From: Eledone cirrhosa | Lineage: Eukaryota | Direction of reading: 5' to 3' | Length of the DNA: 64,000 bases | NCBI GenBank assembly: GCA_964016885.1 | Contig: CAXHJY010000244.1 | Coordinates: forward strand, 13,091-77,090 | Shown: positions 1-17,026 of the stretch, in pieces | Layout of the letters: each line of letters starts with the position of its first letter | How positions within the stretch are numbered: position 1 is the stretch's first letter | Notes under the pieces: generated by a model | Databases searched by the model: none | Told to the model about the DNA's origin: nothing | What the model saw: the letters and a program-made list of their open reading frames with translations, nothing else | Translations under genes and position numbers: made by a program

Positions 1-1375
<1,375 letters not shown>

Positions 1376-1710
1376 AAAGTGAGGTTTTTTTTTACAAAAT
1401 GAAAAATAACCGAGGTGTCCTACACGAGTGAAAGTATAAAGAAAAAAAAGATGAAATCGAAAATGCAACTGGAGTCTTATTTTTAAAAATATATATATAT
1501 ATTTTTGGTTCCTTTACCGGTTTCGCAGTTCTTCTGCTTTTCAAAAGTAGAGTTGAGATGGAGGGTCTGTGGTTTTTCTCACTTGTGAGAAAAACCACAG
1601 ACCCTCCATTTCAGAAGAACAGGGAAACCGGTAAAGGAACCAAAGAAATATATATATATTTTTTTAAATAAGACTCCAGTTGCATTTTCGATTTCATCTT
1701 TTTTTCTTTA
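1376..1710. mobile_element. Fold-back element family A, copy 1 (palindrome carrying hammerhead 3' half GAAA-CCGG-TA)
   Basis: Arms are reverse complements centred on TTTTTCTCAC-TT-GTGAGAAAAA. Homologous copies at 40545-40830 and 50382-50743. Flanked by (TA)n. Confidence 0.85.
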
Positions 1711-1732
1711 TATATATATATATATATATATA

Positions 1733-2173
1733 GCGGCGATGAATTAGTTTTGCGAGGTTTTTTATATGAAATCGTGTGTCGAAACAGATATTGTTATATT
1801 TGGGGAGGGTCATATTTGCGTAATATTGCCAGAATTAATAACAGAACACACTCACTGTTTGGTTGAGACAGACTGAACAAAAAAATGGCGTAGACATACA
1901 ACACAACAGGAGGAACAATGAATATAACACCACTGACGATGTTGCAGATGTGCAACGAAAGATTTATGTAAACTATATATATATGTGTTTGTCTATATTG
2001 TATCTGTATTATTTTTGACCGCCGGTCAGTCAATGGCAACATTGAGGACCGAGTAAGTTAGATCGCAGATATATATATATAAAAGACAGCGAGAAGCGAA
2101 AACCAACCAAACAGTGAGTGTGTTCTGTTATTAATTCTGGCAATATTACGCAAATATGACCCTCCCCAAATAT

Positions 2174-2180
<7 letters not shown>
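1733..2180. mobile_element. Repeat element with ~75-bp inverted arms (1793-1865 / 2104-2180)
   Basis: GTTATATTTGGGGAGGGTCATATTTGCG...TTTGGTTG and its reverse complement. The arm sequence recurs at 33540-33590, 43135-43225, 53620-53695 and 54478-54590. Confidence 0.75.
1929..1969 (+). ncRNA. Hammerhead ribozyme-like motif (type I, minimal)
   Basis: CTGACGA(1933) T GTTGCA-gatg-TGCAAC GAAA GATT TA. Perfect 6-bp stem II; stem I is weak. Confidence 0.6.
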
Positions 2181-2210
<30 letters not shown>

Positions 2211-2608
2211 CGTATATATACATATACACAGACATACATATATACATATATACATATGCATGTACATACATATATACATATATATACATATACATACATA
2301 CACACACACATACATAAATATATATACATACATACATATACATATTGCACCTGGTTGCATACATATATATATACATACATATATATATATACATACGTAT
2401 ATGTGTATGTACGTGTGTTAGTGCGTGGAGAGAGGGAGAGAGAGATGGTTGGAGATAATCAGGGAGACAAAGTGAAATAAGCAAGATAATATTTTTAAGT
2501 ATGTTCCGCATGAATGCACCAGTAGCCCAAATAATTATTATCGGAGAATAAAGGATGTCTATTTCTTGATTAATCAATGTATGATATTACTGTCACGTGT
2601 TATATCAC

Positions 2609-5560
<2,952 letters not shown>

Positions 5561-5734
5561 ATGATGGTTATCTGCTAATCTTTTCAAAAGCTAAGCTAGA
5601 GGTAATGGAAATGTCAAACCTACAATTTAACTGTGAAAATCCTGCCTGTGATTTCCTGGAAGAGAAACAATTAAAGCTTGTCACGAGCTTTTCTTATTAT
5701 TTAGAATGCAAAGTTGAATTTTCTGTAGATAGCG

Positions 5735-6562
5735 CGCTGAAATACAATTATTGCGAAGAATTGTAAACGTCTCACTGTAATACAGTTATAGCGAAGAATT
5801 GTAAATAACTCACTGAAATAGGTTTATAGCGAAGAATTGTAAATAACTCACTGAAATAGGGTTATAGCGAAGAATTGTAAATAACTCGCTTAAATACAGT
5901 TATAGCGAAGAATTTTAAATGACTCGCTGAAATACAATTATAGCGAAGAATTGTAAATGACTCGCTGAAATACAATTATAGCGAAGAATTGTAAATGACT
6001 CGCTGAAATACAGTTATAGCGAAGAATTGTAAATAACTCACTGAAATACATTAAAACGAAGAATTTTAAACGACTCGCTGAAATACAATTATAGCGAAGA
6101 ATTTTAAATGACTCGCTGAAATACAATTATAGCGAAGAATTGTAAATAACTCACTGAAATACATTAAAACGAAGAATTTTAAACGACTCGCTGAAATACA
6201 ATTATAGCGAAGAATTGTAAATGACTCGCTGAAATACATTATAACGAAGAATTGTTAATGACTAGCTGAAATACATTATAACGAAGAATTGTAAATGACT
6301 CGCTGAAATACAGTTATAGCGAAGAATTGTAAATAACTCACTGAAATACATTAAAACGAAGAATTTTAAACGACTCGCTGAAATACAATTATAGCGAAGA
6401 ATTGTAAATGACTCGCTGAAATACAATTATAGCGAAGAATTGTTAATGACTAGCTGAAATACATTATAACGAAGAATTATAAATGACTCGCTGAAATACA
6501 TTATAACGAAGAATTGTAAATGACTAGCTGAAATACAGTTATAGCGAAGAATTTTAAACGAC
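5735..6562. repeat. 38-bp minisatellite, ~22 copies
   Basis: Unit CGCTGAAATACAATTATAGCGAAGAATTGTAAATGACT with variants. Confidence 0.95.
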
Positions 6563-6902
6563 TTATATGTACGTAGATTGAAAGTATTTGCCATAAATGT
6601 GTGTGGACATCTTAGTTGAGATGAAATTCATAAACGTGCTATACAATATTGGTGTTATTGAATTCCAGCACAGATTTAATCAACATTCATTAATAAGAAA
6701 TGGTGGAAGCAATTTTCCTTCAAAAGTGATGCTAAATTCCTTCAATAGATTCAATAAGAAAGAAAGTACGGCTAGATGTATCTACACATATACATGTATA
6801 TATATATGTGTGTGTGTGTATATGTGTGTGTATATGTGTGTGTGTGTTTGTGTATATATATATATTCATAAGCACACTCTTATAAAGGCTTAATGAAGGA
6901 CT

Positions 6903-6933
<31 letters not shown>

Positions 6934-7329
6934 GAGAGAGAGATGTATATAGATAGATACATAGAGAGAGAGAGAGAGAGAGAGAGAGAGGTGTGAGTAT
7001 GTACTATAAATATATATACATGTATATATATGTATATATATGCATGTATGCTTGTATGTATGAATACCTGTATGTATGCATACATATATGTATGTGCGCA
7101 TACATAAATGAATGTATACATGTATGTGTATGTATGTATATATATATATGTGTGTGTGTGTATGTATGGAGACATACAAATATATGTGTATACAAATGTC
7201 CTGTTTGATTAGGAATATGCGATGTTTCTGTTGTAATTAATTTTCTGGAAATTCGTTAAATATTTACCGTCAGCAAAATACTATCGTTAGACTAATCTTT
7301 ATCATTATTTACTGTCATCGCAATTTCCA

Positions 7330-7720
7330 TCACCTCCACCCCGCCCAACGTCATCGCCGCCACCATGATGACCAACGCGACCAACATCACCACCACCATG
7401 ACGACAAACACCACGACCCCCATCACCATCAACGTCATCGCCACCGCCATCATCACCACCACCACCTCACCCAACGTCATCGCCACCAACATCACCATCA
7501 ATGTCATCGCTACCGCCGCCACCACCGCCAGCACCGTGACCAACATCACCAACACCTCACCCAACGTCATCGCCACCGCCATCACCACAATCATCGGCAC
7601 CACCATCTCGACCACCGTCACCGCCACCACCACCAACACCGCTATCACCACCACCACCAGCGCCACCTTTATCATCATCATCATCATCAAGATTTTCCTT
7701 ATCATTACCATCATCATCAA
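7330..7720. repeat. Cryptic (ACC/ATC)n trinucleotide repeat
   Basis: Low-complexity CAC/CAT/CGC triplets with repeated CCCAACGTCATCGCC. Confidence 0.85.
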
Positions 7721-7804
7721 AATAATCTAATACGTATCATATATTAATAATAATGTTTCGAACAGCCAGCCAAGAAAAATCTTATATATATATATATATA
7801 ATTT

Positions 7805-7855
7805 ATACTTCGATGAGTCCAGCCTTGTGTTTTGATGAAACGATCGTTAGAATTA
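7805..7855 (+). ncRNA. Degenerate hammerhead-like motif
   Basis: TCGATGA GTC...GAT GAAA CGATCG TT, with a palindromic loop III and a mutated core. Confidence 0.45.
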
Positions 7856-7972
7856 AATGTTCTTAAACACTCTTTGATTGTTATTTATTAAGTATTTCGG
7901 CTCTGTATTTACTTGTTATTTTACATTGAGCTATTCTCACAATTGTAATTGGATAATATCTAATATTGCCCG

Positions 7973-8053
<81 letters not shown>

Positions 8054-8329
8054 GCGGGTAATATTAGATATTATCCAATTACAAGTGTGAGAATAGCTCA
8101 ATGTAAAATAACAAGTTTATTATCCTATTAAAATAACAAGTTATTATCCTATTAAATAAGCGACAAGAATTAATTATATCTTGCAATCATAGAATTAGAA
8201 GAACTTTCAAATATTATAAACCAAATTAATATACACCTTACACTTATATTTTACATATTATTATAATTAATTTTTTTTATTTAGTTAACCTATAATTAGT
8301 ACTTTACTACAGAGAACTAAAAGTATACA

Positions 8330-8656
8330 TATAAATTAATTTAATTTCCTGTTATAAATCTAGATTCCTTGTAGTCTATATAAGATTGGTATTTCTCACT
8401 ACTACATTTATCCCAAAATTTTATTTTCCTTCGTTTTTAACAACATTCTTTAATAACATCTAATTCTTATTTATCACATCCATATGAATTAATATAAATT
8501 TATCCCTATAAGTATACCTATCAATTAATTTAATTTCTTGTTATAGATCTAAATTCCTTGTGTTTTAAATAAGATTGGTATTTCTCACTAACACCTTTAC
8601 CCTAAAATGTTATTCTCCTTCGGTTTTAACATTAACATTATTCTTTAATAGCATCA
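8330..8656. repeat. Diverged ~190-bp tandem duplication
   Basis: AATTAATTTAATTTC..GTTATA.ATCTA.ATTCCTTG...TAAGATTGGTATTTCTCACTA occurs twice (~8333, ~8524). Confidence 0.75.
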
Positions 8657-8894
8657 AATTTTCGTGTACCTTTCACCGGCTTGACCTCTTTTCATCCCCA
8701 AAGTATTATTTTCATTCAAAGTATTCTTTCCATTCAAAACTTAAGTCTGCATTCCTCTACCCCTAAATTAAATTTCTACTACTATTATTCTATCAACTTG
8801 ACCTCTTACTACTTTTCTATTGGTCAATTCAAAACCTGTTCCTAAACAGACCTATCATATGAAATCTTTGTTGGGTTTTTTCAATAAACAAATA

Positions 8895-9030
8895 TCATTA
8901 TTTCTGAAGACAGCATATATATGTGAAGGTATGTATATTTCCTCTGATAGTTTCTAAAATGTTTATATAGATCTATATGATATACATACCAACACACATA
9001 TATATCCTAGAAACGATCGTAAAATGTTGA
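8895..9030 (+). ncRNA. Type I hammerhead ribozyme-like motif with long stem II
   Basis: ATTT CTGAAGA(8904); ATATATATGTGAAGGTATGTATAT pairs with ATATACATACCAACACACATATATAT; GAAA(9010) CGATCG TA AAAT. Confidence 0.65.
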
Positions 9031-9081
9031 ATTGTTTAATATAAGGAACTTGTTCTTTGTTTTTATTCATTGTTTTTATTA

Positions 9082-9122
<41 letters not shown>

Positions 9123-9131
9123 AACAGACAG

Positions 9132-9167
<36 letters not shown>

Positions 9168-9384
9168 CCAAGTTTGCATGATTATTCATATATCCAGTAA
9201 TCTTACTTTATATGTCTTAACCATTTTGGACACCAAACATTTTAAACGTTAAGCGCTGTGCCCTTCATTATTGACTGCACAGTTCCACTAGTAATATATG
9301 TATGTCTATATATATATATAAAAGAAATAGGATTTCGCTTCAAGCATAGCTTTATACAATATGTATTTCTTTGGAGATACGAAA

Positions 9385-9424
<40 letters not shown>

Positions 9425-9429
<5 letters not shown>

Positions 9430-10186
9430 ATATGTTGAGAAGGCAACACACCAGAGAGAGATATATAGTGTGTTATCAATAATACAGGAAAAAAAACCAC
9501 CAGTGTATGGAATCTATAACCTATGAAAGGCAGACTATAGACACGATAATTAAAAATATAAATTAAAGCGTAAATAAATACCTCTATAACTATATAACAC
9601 ACGTACAAATCCAAAGATATGTTTCACCAAAAAATTTGTTGAAAGAAATGGTCTAGTCTCGGTTCATCAGCGTGTGTAAGGCCATACATTTCAGACAACA
9701 CTAAGAGAATTTTACAATTGACTGTCCAGCTACACGTGGGAGAGAGAAGTCACAGCGTGTTTAAGGGCAGTGAACCAGTGGCCTCTGAGAGACGAACTGC
9801 TAGAAAGGGCAGTCCAAAGCCACTCAGAGAAGTGTGCTCAACCAAACAGAGATAGGAAAGACTGTTATTAGGAGCGAAATATCACGATAAATTAACGGAG
9901 GCATAGGCCGTCGTTATTCCCTGTAAATAATGTGCTCAAAGGGGAAGAGATCCTGAGCCCTTTAAAATATAATATGTTGAGAAGGCAACACACCAGAGAG
10001 AGATATATAGGTTAAAGATTCCATACACTGGTGGTTTTTTTCCCTGTATTATTGATAACACACTATATATCTCTCTCTGGTGTGTTGCCTTCTCAACATA
10101 TTATATTTTAAAGGGCTCAGGATCTCTTCCCCTTTCAGCACATTATTTACAGGGAATAACGACGGCCTATGCCTCCGTTAATTTAT

Positions 10187-10192
<6 letters not shown>
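9425..10192 (-). mobile_element. Partial-tandem (~542-bp unit) element with inverted end segment and hammerhead-like motif; Penelope pseudo-LTR or retrozyme-like
   Basis: Direct repeat ATGTTGAGAAGGCAACACACCAGAGAGAG at 9432 and 9974. Segment 10011-10192 is an inverted copy spanning the repeat junction. TA arrays on both sides. Confidence 0.7.
9611..9676 (-). ncRNA. Hammerhead-like motif (stem I degenerate)
   Basis: Minus strand: CTGATGA ACC...GGT GAAA CATA TC. Confidence 0.55.
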
Positions 10193-10232
<40 letters not shown>

Positions 10233-10334
10233 CTGGTTACACAACAGTTAGTTCACCATACCGAGAACAATTGTTTCATCTTAGCGGATCCCCAGCTCGT
10301 AATGGACATGGTTATACGGAACAGGAAGGACAAT

Positions 10335-10383
10335 GCTTCCTGATGACTTCTCCCGAATGAAACAGTTCTAGTCCTGTAGAAGC
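10335..10383 (+). ncRNA. Type I hammerhead ribozyme, all three stems
   Basis: GCTTC CTGATGA CTTC-tccc-GAAT GAAA CAG-ttctagtc-CTG TA GAAGC. Stem I 5 bp, stem III 3 bp, GUA cleavage triplet. The 10.1-11.1 pair is a C-U mismatch. Confidence 0.8.
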
Positions 10384-10486
10384 CTTTCTATATTAAATAT
10401 TTTATTTATACTCTGCTTTGTATTGAGTACTTTACTTACTTGGTTAGCCCCGATTGAACCTGGGATAAACTTGTATATATATATAT

Positions 10487-11080
10487 ATGGTGGCTGCCAA
10501 CTAGTTTTCGAGTACGGCCACTACTTTATATCCATGTAGGAGAACCCCTACCGATGCGCTGAACGAGTGTGACTTTTTAGTCCAGCCAGCGACTTGAAAA
10601 CTCTGGTACAAACACTACACTTGTGACAATTATTGACACATAGTGCTGGGCCCATGGTACCATGTGACGACAAGTGCAGAGAGATCTCCAGATATAAAGC
10701 AATGCCTGTGCCGTGAAGCTTTTATAGTGAGCAAAGGCACTGCACAAAGCCAGTCCCACTCTCTTCACCAAGATGATATTTACCAAAAAGAAGAACAAGT
10801 CAACATCATTGGATACCATCAGGGTTGCAGGTGTTATATCAGAGTTTTCCTTCTCCTAGACAAAGGCTAAGGGGTCATCTCTCCCGGTGATTTTGGATGG
10901 CCATTGACTCTGAAGAGCTCCTTTGCCCTTTGACAGGTTTTGTTTTTAGTCCTGCAGGATGTCCAAAGTCACCCTCCTCACCAAGAAAACTTGGTGGGGT
11001 TGCCAGTTTAGTCGCCAACGACCCGACCATGGGACAGGTTGTACTGGGATACATGTTACCAGTAACACCAACTGGTGACC
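10487..11080 (-). mobile_element. ~594-bp non-coding dispersed retroposon (RTE-related SINE-like), copy 1
   Basis: Near-identical to 34664-35257 (+) and 63748-64000. Contains TCTAGGAGAAGGAAAACTCTGA, recalled as typical of RTE 5' UTRs. The 3' end runs into TA/TATG repeats. Confidence 0.8.
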
Positions 11081-11161
11081 TGACATACATATATATTTTT
11101 ATATATATATACATGTGTGTGTATATATATATGTGTGTATATATATATATGTGCATGTGTG

Positions 11162-11198
<37 letters not shown>

Positions 11199-11231
11199 AT
11201 ATGTATATATATATATGTGTGTGTGTATATG

Positions 11232-11262
<31 letters not shown>

Positions 11263-11272
11263 ATATATATAG

Positions 11273-11313
<41 letters not shown>

Positions 11314-11620
11314 CATACATATATTATATATATATATACATACATACATATATAATCGTTTCTCTCGGTTGATTGGTCGATATATTTGCACATATATATT
11401 CATAGTCATTGCTTTATACCAATGGAATGGAAGAAGGAACGAAATCTTATTTTTAGAAATATTTCTATAATCAAGCCAAATCCTAATTAGGCTATCCGTA
11501 AGGGGGTTGTCATTAATGTCACAGTACTTACTGGATTGGCTATATGTTTGTATGTATGGCACTTAAATCTTGTTGGGGTAGTAGCAGTGCAGTGCGTGTA
11601 TAAATACACACATACACACG

Positions 11621-11657
<37 letters not shown>

Positions 11658-11759
11658 TGATTAACTAAACGAAATGATCAGTTTTATCCAGTGGCGGCCC
11701 ACTAAACAAATATACACTCATACACATATATATATACACATATATACACACACACACAT

Positions 11760-11794
<35 letters not shown>

Positions 11795-12089
11795 TAGATT
11801 CTATGTTTGCTTTCTAAGCAATATTCTTAATGCACCGTTTATCCACCATACATTACCCCCTCCCCAATCAGTCCCCCATCCACCCCCACCATACACTACT
11901 TCCCCCATCAGACTTCCATTAACCCTTCTCCCACATTTTCTTCATTACGTTAATTTTTTATAGATTTAAGTAATTACTGATATATTTTCTTAAATATATT
12001 TGGTTTGTTTTTATATTTTCTTTTTGTCTTGTTTGTTTGTTTTTCTTTGATTCATTTCTATCGTTATTAGATTCTACACTCATAGAAAG

Positions 12090-12150
<61 letters not shown>

Positions 12151-12220
12151 ACATATCATATGTTGATTTAAAACTGAACTATCCACAAGTGTTTTTTAGC
12201 CTTCATATCATGTCCTCCTG

Positions 12221-12287
12221 TTTTATCTGATGAAAACACAAATATTATTGCATGATGATGTTTGTTTTTGAAATGCGCATAATCAAA
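12221..12287 (+). ncRNA. Type I hammerhead ribozyme-like motif in a ~175-bp TA-embedded element (12148-12325)
   Basis: TTTTAT CTGATGA AAACACAAAT...GTTTGTTTTT GAAA TGCGCA TA ATCAAA. Homolog at 48283-48353 (-). Confidence 0.8.
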
Positions 12288-12646
12288 TACATGGAACTAC
12301 TTTAACCATCTTTTGATCTTATATATTATGTATACTCCAGTCCTACAAACTGTAGAGTGCTTCTTATCCGATATCTGCATTGCTTTATTGTACTACAATA
12401 AAACTCACCTCCTACATATATATAAATATATATATAAATATATTTAATACATTAACAGAGAAAGCTTAAAGCTTCAAGCTATACTCTGACTGGCTTCCAT
12501 CTCACTCAACAAACATTAGGATATACCTTAGTATAATCCCAATTTTACGTTTGGGGTGCTAACTATATGTATTTTGCGGATAGCCAGTTGCATTATTTTA
12601 TATGAGACATAATTATATATATATAAATATATATATATATATAAAT

Positions 12647-12683
<37 letters not shown>

Positions 12684-12846
12684 AATATATATATATATAA
12701 ATATGTATATATAAAAATATATAAATATGAAAAAAAAAATATCAAAAACAACCAACTCATCAATGTCTTACCATTTGATTTCCACCAATCAGTATCCATT
12801 ATTTTACTGGCCTTGTGTCATAAGCAGAAACATTTTCACTATTAGA

Positions 12847-12986
12847 ATAGAGTTATGGCCCTTTACGTTCTGAGTTCAAATCCCACCGAGGTTAACTTTG
12901 CCTTTCATTCTTGCGGGGTCGATAAAATAAAGTACCAGTAATAGACTGGGGTATTTGCTGGCCTTGTGCCTAAAGTAGGAACAATT
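12847..12986 (+). mobile_element. tRNA-derived SINE family 1 (5'-truncated)
   Basis: B-box GAGTTCAAATCC; body TTTGCCTTTCAT...GGGGTCGATAAAATAAAGTACCAGT. Confidence 0.9.
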
Positions 12987-13042
12987 ATTATAATCTAATC
13001 GAAACATTTGTCACCATCAAAGTAACTAATCATAATAATAAT

Positions 13043-13382
13043 AGTTTCTACGTTAGGCACAAGGCCAACAAATACCCCAGTACATTACTGGTACTTTATT
13101 TTACCGACCCCGTAAGGATGAAAGGCAAAGTTAACCTCGGCGGGATTTGTACTCAGAACGTAAAGGGCCATAACTCTATGCTAATAGTAATAATTGTTTC
13201 TACTTTTGGCACAAGGACAGAAATTACCCCAGTACATAACTGGTACTTTATTTTATCGACCCCGTAAGGATGAAAGGCAAAGTTAACCTTGGCGGGATTT
13301 GAACTCAGAATGGCAAGGGCCGTAACTCTATGCGTCAAAGCATGGCGTCCGACCCTCTACCGATACTGCCAATCCACCGTCC
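13043..13382 (-). mobile_element. Two tandem SINE family 1 copies (13043-13182, 13192-13382)
   Basis: Reverse complement of the same SINE. The second copy has the head GGTGGATTGGCAGTATCGGTAGAG. Confidence 0.9.
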
Positions 13383-14584
13383 CTGTACAATGTACACATG
13401 ATAATGATGATAATTTCTTGATTCTATTTTATAGATAATAGTAACAACAACAACGACAACAACAATACTACCACTACCAACACCAACAACAACAACAACA
13501 ATATATCCACCATGATGAGTTCGTTAAGTGTAACTACTTCACTTCGTCAGTTGTTCAATTCTGCTTGCTAACCGCCATTACACTTAATAACATTCTGGTA
13601 AACACTGACTTCTGCCACCACTACTACTACTACTACCAGTACCACCACTACTACCACCAGTACCACCACCACCACTACTACTACCAGTACCACCACCACT
13701 GGTAAACACTGACTTCTGCCACCACTACTACCACCACTACCAACACCACCTCCACCACCACCACTGGTAAACACCGACTTATTTTGTTTTGGGGGAAGAA
13801 GAACACCACCACCACACCACCAACAACAACAACACCACCATCACCATTCTGTTTTGGGGAAGAAAACCTTTTATATTCCAATTTCTATACTTTCGTTGCC
13901 ATAACAAGATTTTATATATTTCTGGGTTTTATTTCCATATTTAGCTACATCATATGTTGTTGCTGTTATTGTTATTGTTACTGTTGTTGTTGTTGTTGTT
14001 ATTGTTACTGTTGTTATTATTGCTGTTGTTATTATTGCTGTTGTTATTGTTGTCGATGTTGTGGTTGTATTTTGCGTTCTTTTTTCTTTCTTTTTAATTT
14101 CTAGTTTTATTTCAAACCACCCCACCACACCCACATCACCCACACCCCACACCACCCTACCCACACACCCACCACACCACACCCACACCACCCCTACCAT
14201 ACCCTACCACACCCCCACCACACCACACCCATCTTATTACAAATATTTAAAAAAATACTCAAAGTCAAAATATTTTTAAAACAAAGAAGGCGATAGTAAA
14301 AATTGAATAGAAAATTATTTTCCCGAAATTCAAATTTAATTCAATGAAAATTTCAAAAGAAGTAAAAACAAAAGGCGGGGGGGGGGGGGCACACACAGTA
14401 ATAAAGGTAGGGGAGGTTACCCAGTAATAAATGTGGGGGACAATAGAGATTTACCCCCACCCACCTTACCCTACCCCACTTATTAAATTTTGGTTATCTA
14501 TCACCGGTGAAATTTTATTTTAATTTTCTTTATGTATTAAATAAAATATTATACATGACAAAAGAAGGTACAATATTAGAAATC

Positions 14585-15550
14585 CAATATGTTATAAAAT
14601 ATATAGGGTGGGTTGGAGGGTCTCAATATGTTATATATAGGGTGGGTTGGAGGGTCTCACTATGTTATAAAATATATAGGGTGGGTTGGAGGGTCTCAAT
14701 ATGTTATATATAGGATGGGTTGGGGTCTCAATATGTTATATATAGGATGGGTTGGAGGGTCTCAATATGTTATATATAGGATGGGTTGGGGTCTCAATAT
14801 GTTATATATAGGATGGGTTGGAGGGTCTCAATATGTTATATATAGGATGGGTTGGGGTCTCAATATGTTATATATAGGATGGGTTGGAGGGTCTCACTAT
14901 GTTATATATAGAATGGGCTGAGGGTCTCAATATGTTATTAAATATATAGGATGGGTTGGAGGGTCTCAATATGTTATAAAATATATAGGATGGCTTTGGA
15001 GGGTCTCAATATGTTATAAAATATATAGGATGGGTTGGAGGGTCTCAATATGTTATAAAATATATAGGATGGGTTGGAGGCTCTCAATATGTTATAAAAT
15101 ATATAGGATGGGTTGGAGGCTCTCAATATGTTATAAAATATATAGGATGGGTTGAGGGTCTCAAAATATTATAAAATATATAGGATGGGTTGAGGGTCTC
15201 AAAATATTATAAAATATATAGGATGGGTTGAGGGTCTCAAAATATTATAAAATATATAGGATGGGTTGAGGGTCTCAAAATATTATAAAATATATAGGAT
15301 AGGTTGAGGGTCTCAAAATATTATAAAATATATAGGATTGGTTGAGGGTCTCAAAGTATTATAAAATATATAGGATGGGTTGAGGGTCTCAATATGTTAT
15401 AAAATATATAGGATGGGTTGAGGGTCTCAAAGTATTATAAAATATATAGGATGGGTTGAGGGTCTCAAAATATTATAAAATATATAGGATGGGTTGAGGG
15501 TCTTAAAGTATTATAAAATATATAGGATGGGTTGAGGGTCTTAAAGTATG
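14585..15550. repeat. 32-39-bp minisatellite, ~26 copies
   Basis: Unit GGGTCTCAATATGTTATAAAATATATAGGATGGGTTG(G)A with clustered variants. Confidence 0.95.
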
Positions 15551-16027
15551 TATACATTTTGGGGTGACACCCTATAGTTTATATAAATAAACAAATATTA
15601 TATTTTTTTTACTTACTAAATTCTTTTGTTGCGGTCCAAACTTTTTTTGAAGAACTTCAAGTTGTTTTGACGACATAAACTTTTCCAACTGTTGTATCCG
15701 GCAGAGTTCACCGTTTAAAGCGGTGTCCTACTAAAAATAATGGTACATGAACAGATATCCGACTCCAGAATATTGGATGTTCGATTAAAACGACGGTCAA
15801 AATATGTTTACATCCTATACGTTCGATATTGACCTACGCTATACGTGTACTGTGGATTACATACGGGTTACTGTAGATCGCACAAATTTAAGTGCGAAAA
15901 CTCATGTGTCCCAAATAATAGGGGGTGGGGACAGAATGAGCTGGAAAGTGGTTAGACATTTGCTTAAATTCTTATAAGCGAGTGGGTTGGAATAAACGGG
16001 GGAGGGAAAATTGGTAATTGTATAAAG

Positions 16028-16265
16028 CAGGCATGTCAAACATGCGACCCGTGGACCGCATGCGGCCCTTTACAAGCACACTTGCGGCTCGTACAAAGGT
16101 TTTGCAACGCGAGCATATTTTATCTTCGTAATATAAAATTTAAAAAAATTAGTTGTAATGTGCGCAATTAGTTGTAATGTGTGCAATTAGTTATCATGTG
16201 TGGCCCTCAGTCAACACATATGTGACCCACGTGGCCCTCGGGGAACCCTCAGTTTGACATGTCTG
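16028..16265. mobile_element. hAT (Charlie-like) MITE
   Basis: TIRs CAGGCATGTCAAAC / GTTTGACATGTCTG, subterminal GCGGCCC motifs, imperfect 8-bp TSD GTATAAAG / CTATAGAG. Confidence 0.8.
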
Positions 16266-16799
16266 CTATAGAGTACGTTTGTAAATATGGGATTTCTTGT
16301 AATGTTCTTTTTTTTATATTTAATGTTTGTTTTTTTACGTAAAATAAAATTATTATTAGATTCTCCAGTTGTTATATCAATATGAATCACTTACAATAAA
16401 ATTTCGCAGGAGATAGATTAGCAAAATTTAATAAGGAGCGGGGGTGGTTGGAATAAAAGCAGGGGTATGTGGGGGGAAAATCTGAAAGGTTAATAAGAAG
16501 GGGTGGAAAGGTATTGGTTCGATTATTCAAGACATGAGAGTACCTGATTTTGTTTAATTTTTGTTCCCTTACAATCTTTAATAAGCAGGGATGGGAATAT
16601 AGGCCGGGGTGAGTGGAAAAAAATTAAAAAAATTAATAAGTGTTGGGTGGGGAATCTGAATAATTAATAAGCGAGGAGTAGGGACGATTATTCAAGTCCT
16701 GGGAGTACTTAAAATTAGAGAAAACACTTAGGGGGAGTTAATTTTGATACTAATGTTATGTAAATGAAATAAAGTATTAATTAAGACTTGGTTATATAG

Positions 16800-16975
16800 T
16801 TCAGTATCAGTAGAGGGTCGGACGCCATGCTTTCCAGCATAGTTACGTCCCTTTACGATCTGAGTTCAAATCCCGCCGAGGTTGACTTTGCCTTTCATCC
16901 TTACGGGGTCGATAAAATAAAGTACCAGTAATGCACTGGGTAATTGCTGGCCTTGTGCCAAAAGTAGAAACAATT
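16800..16975 (+). mobile_element. SINE family 1
   Basis: Same SINE body and B-box. Confidence 0.9.
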
Positions 16976-16990
16976 AATTTCTCTATTTTC

Positions 16991-17026
<36 letters not shown>

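Noticed and set aside
7292-7730. Mucin-like Thr-rich ORF
   Set aside because: Cryptic ACC/ATC repeat; no signal peptide or splice support.
13435-13571. Possible plus-strand terminal exon (...SLRQLFNSAC*), and other protein-like snippets at 5590-5735, 6600-6780, 29190-29370, 31620-31790, 59880-60100
   Set aside because: Short, interrupted by stops or lacking paired splice sites; no recognisable homology.
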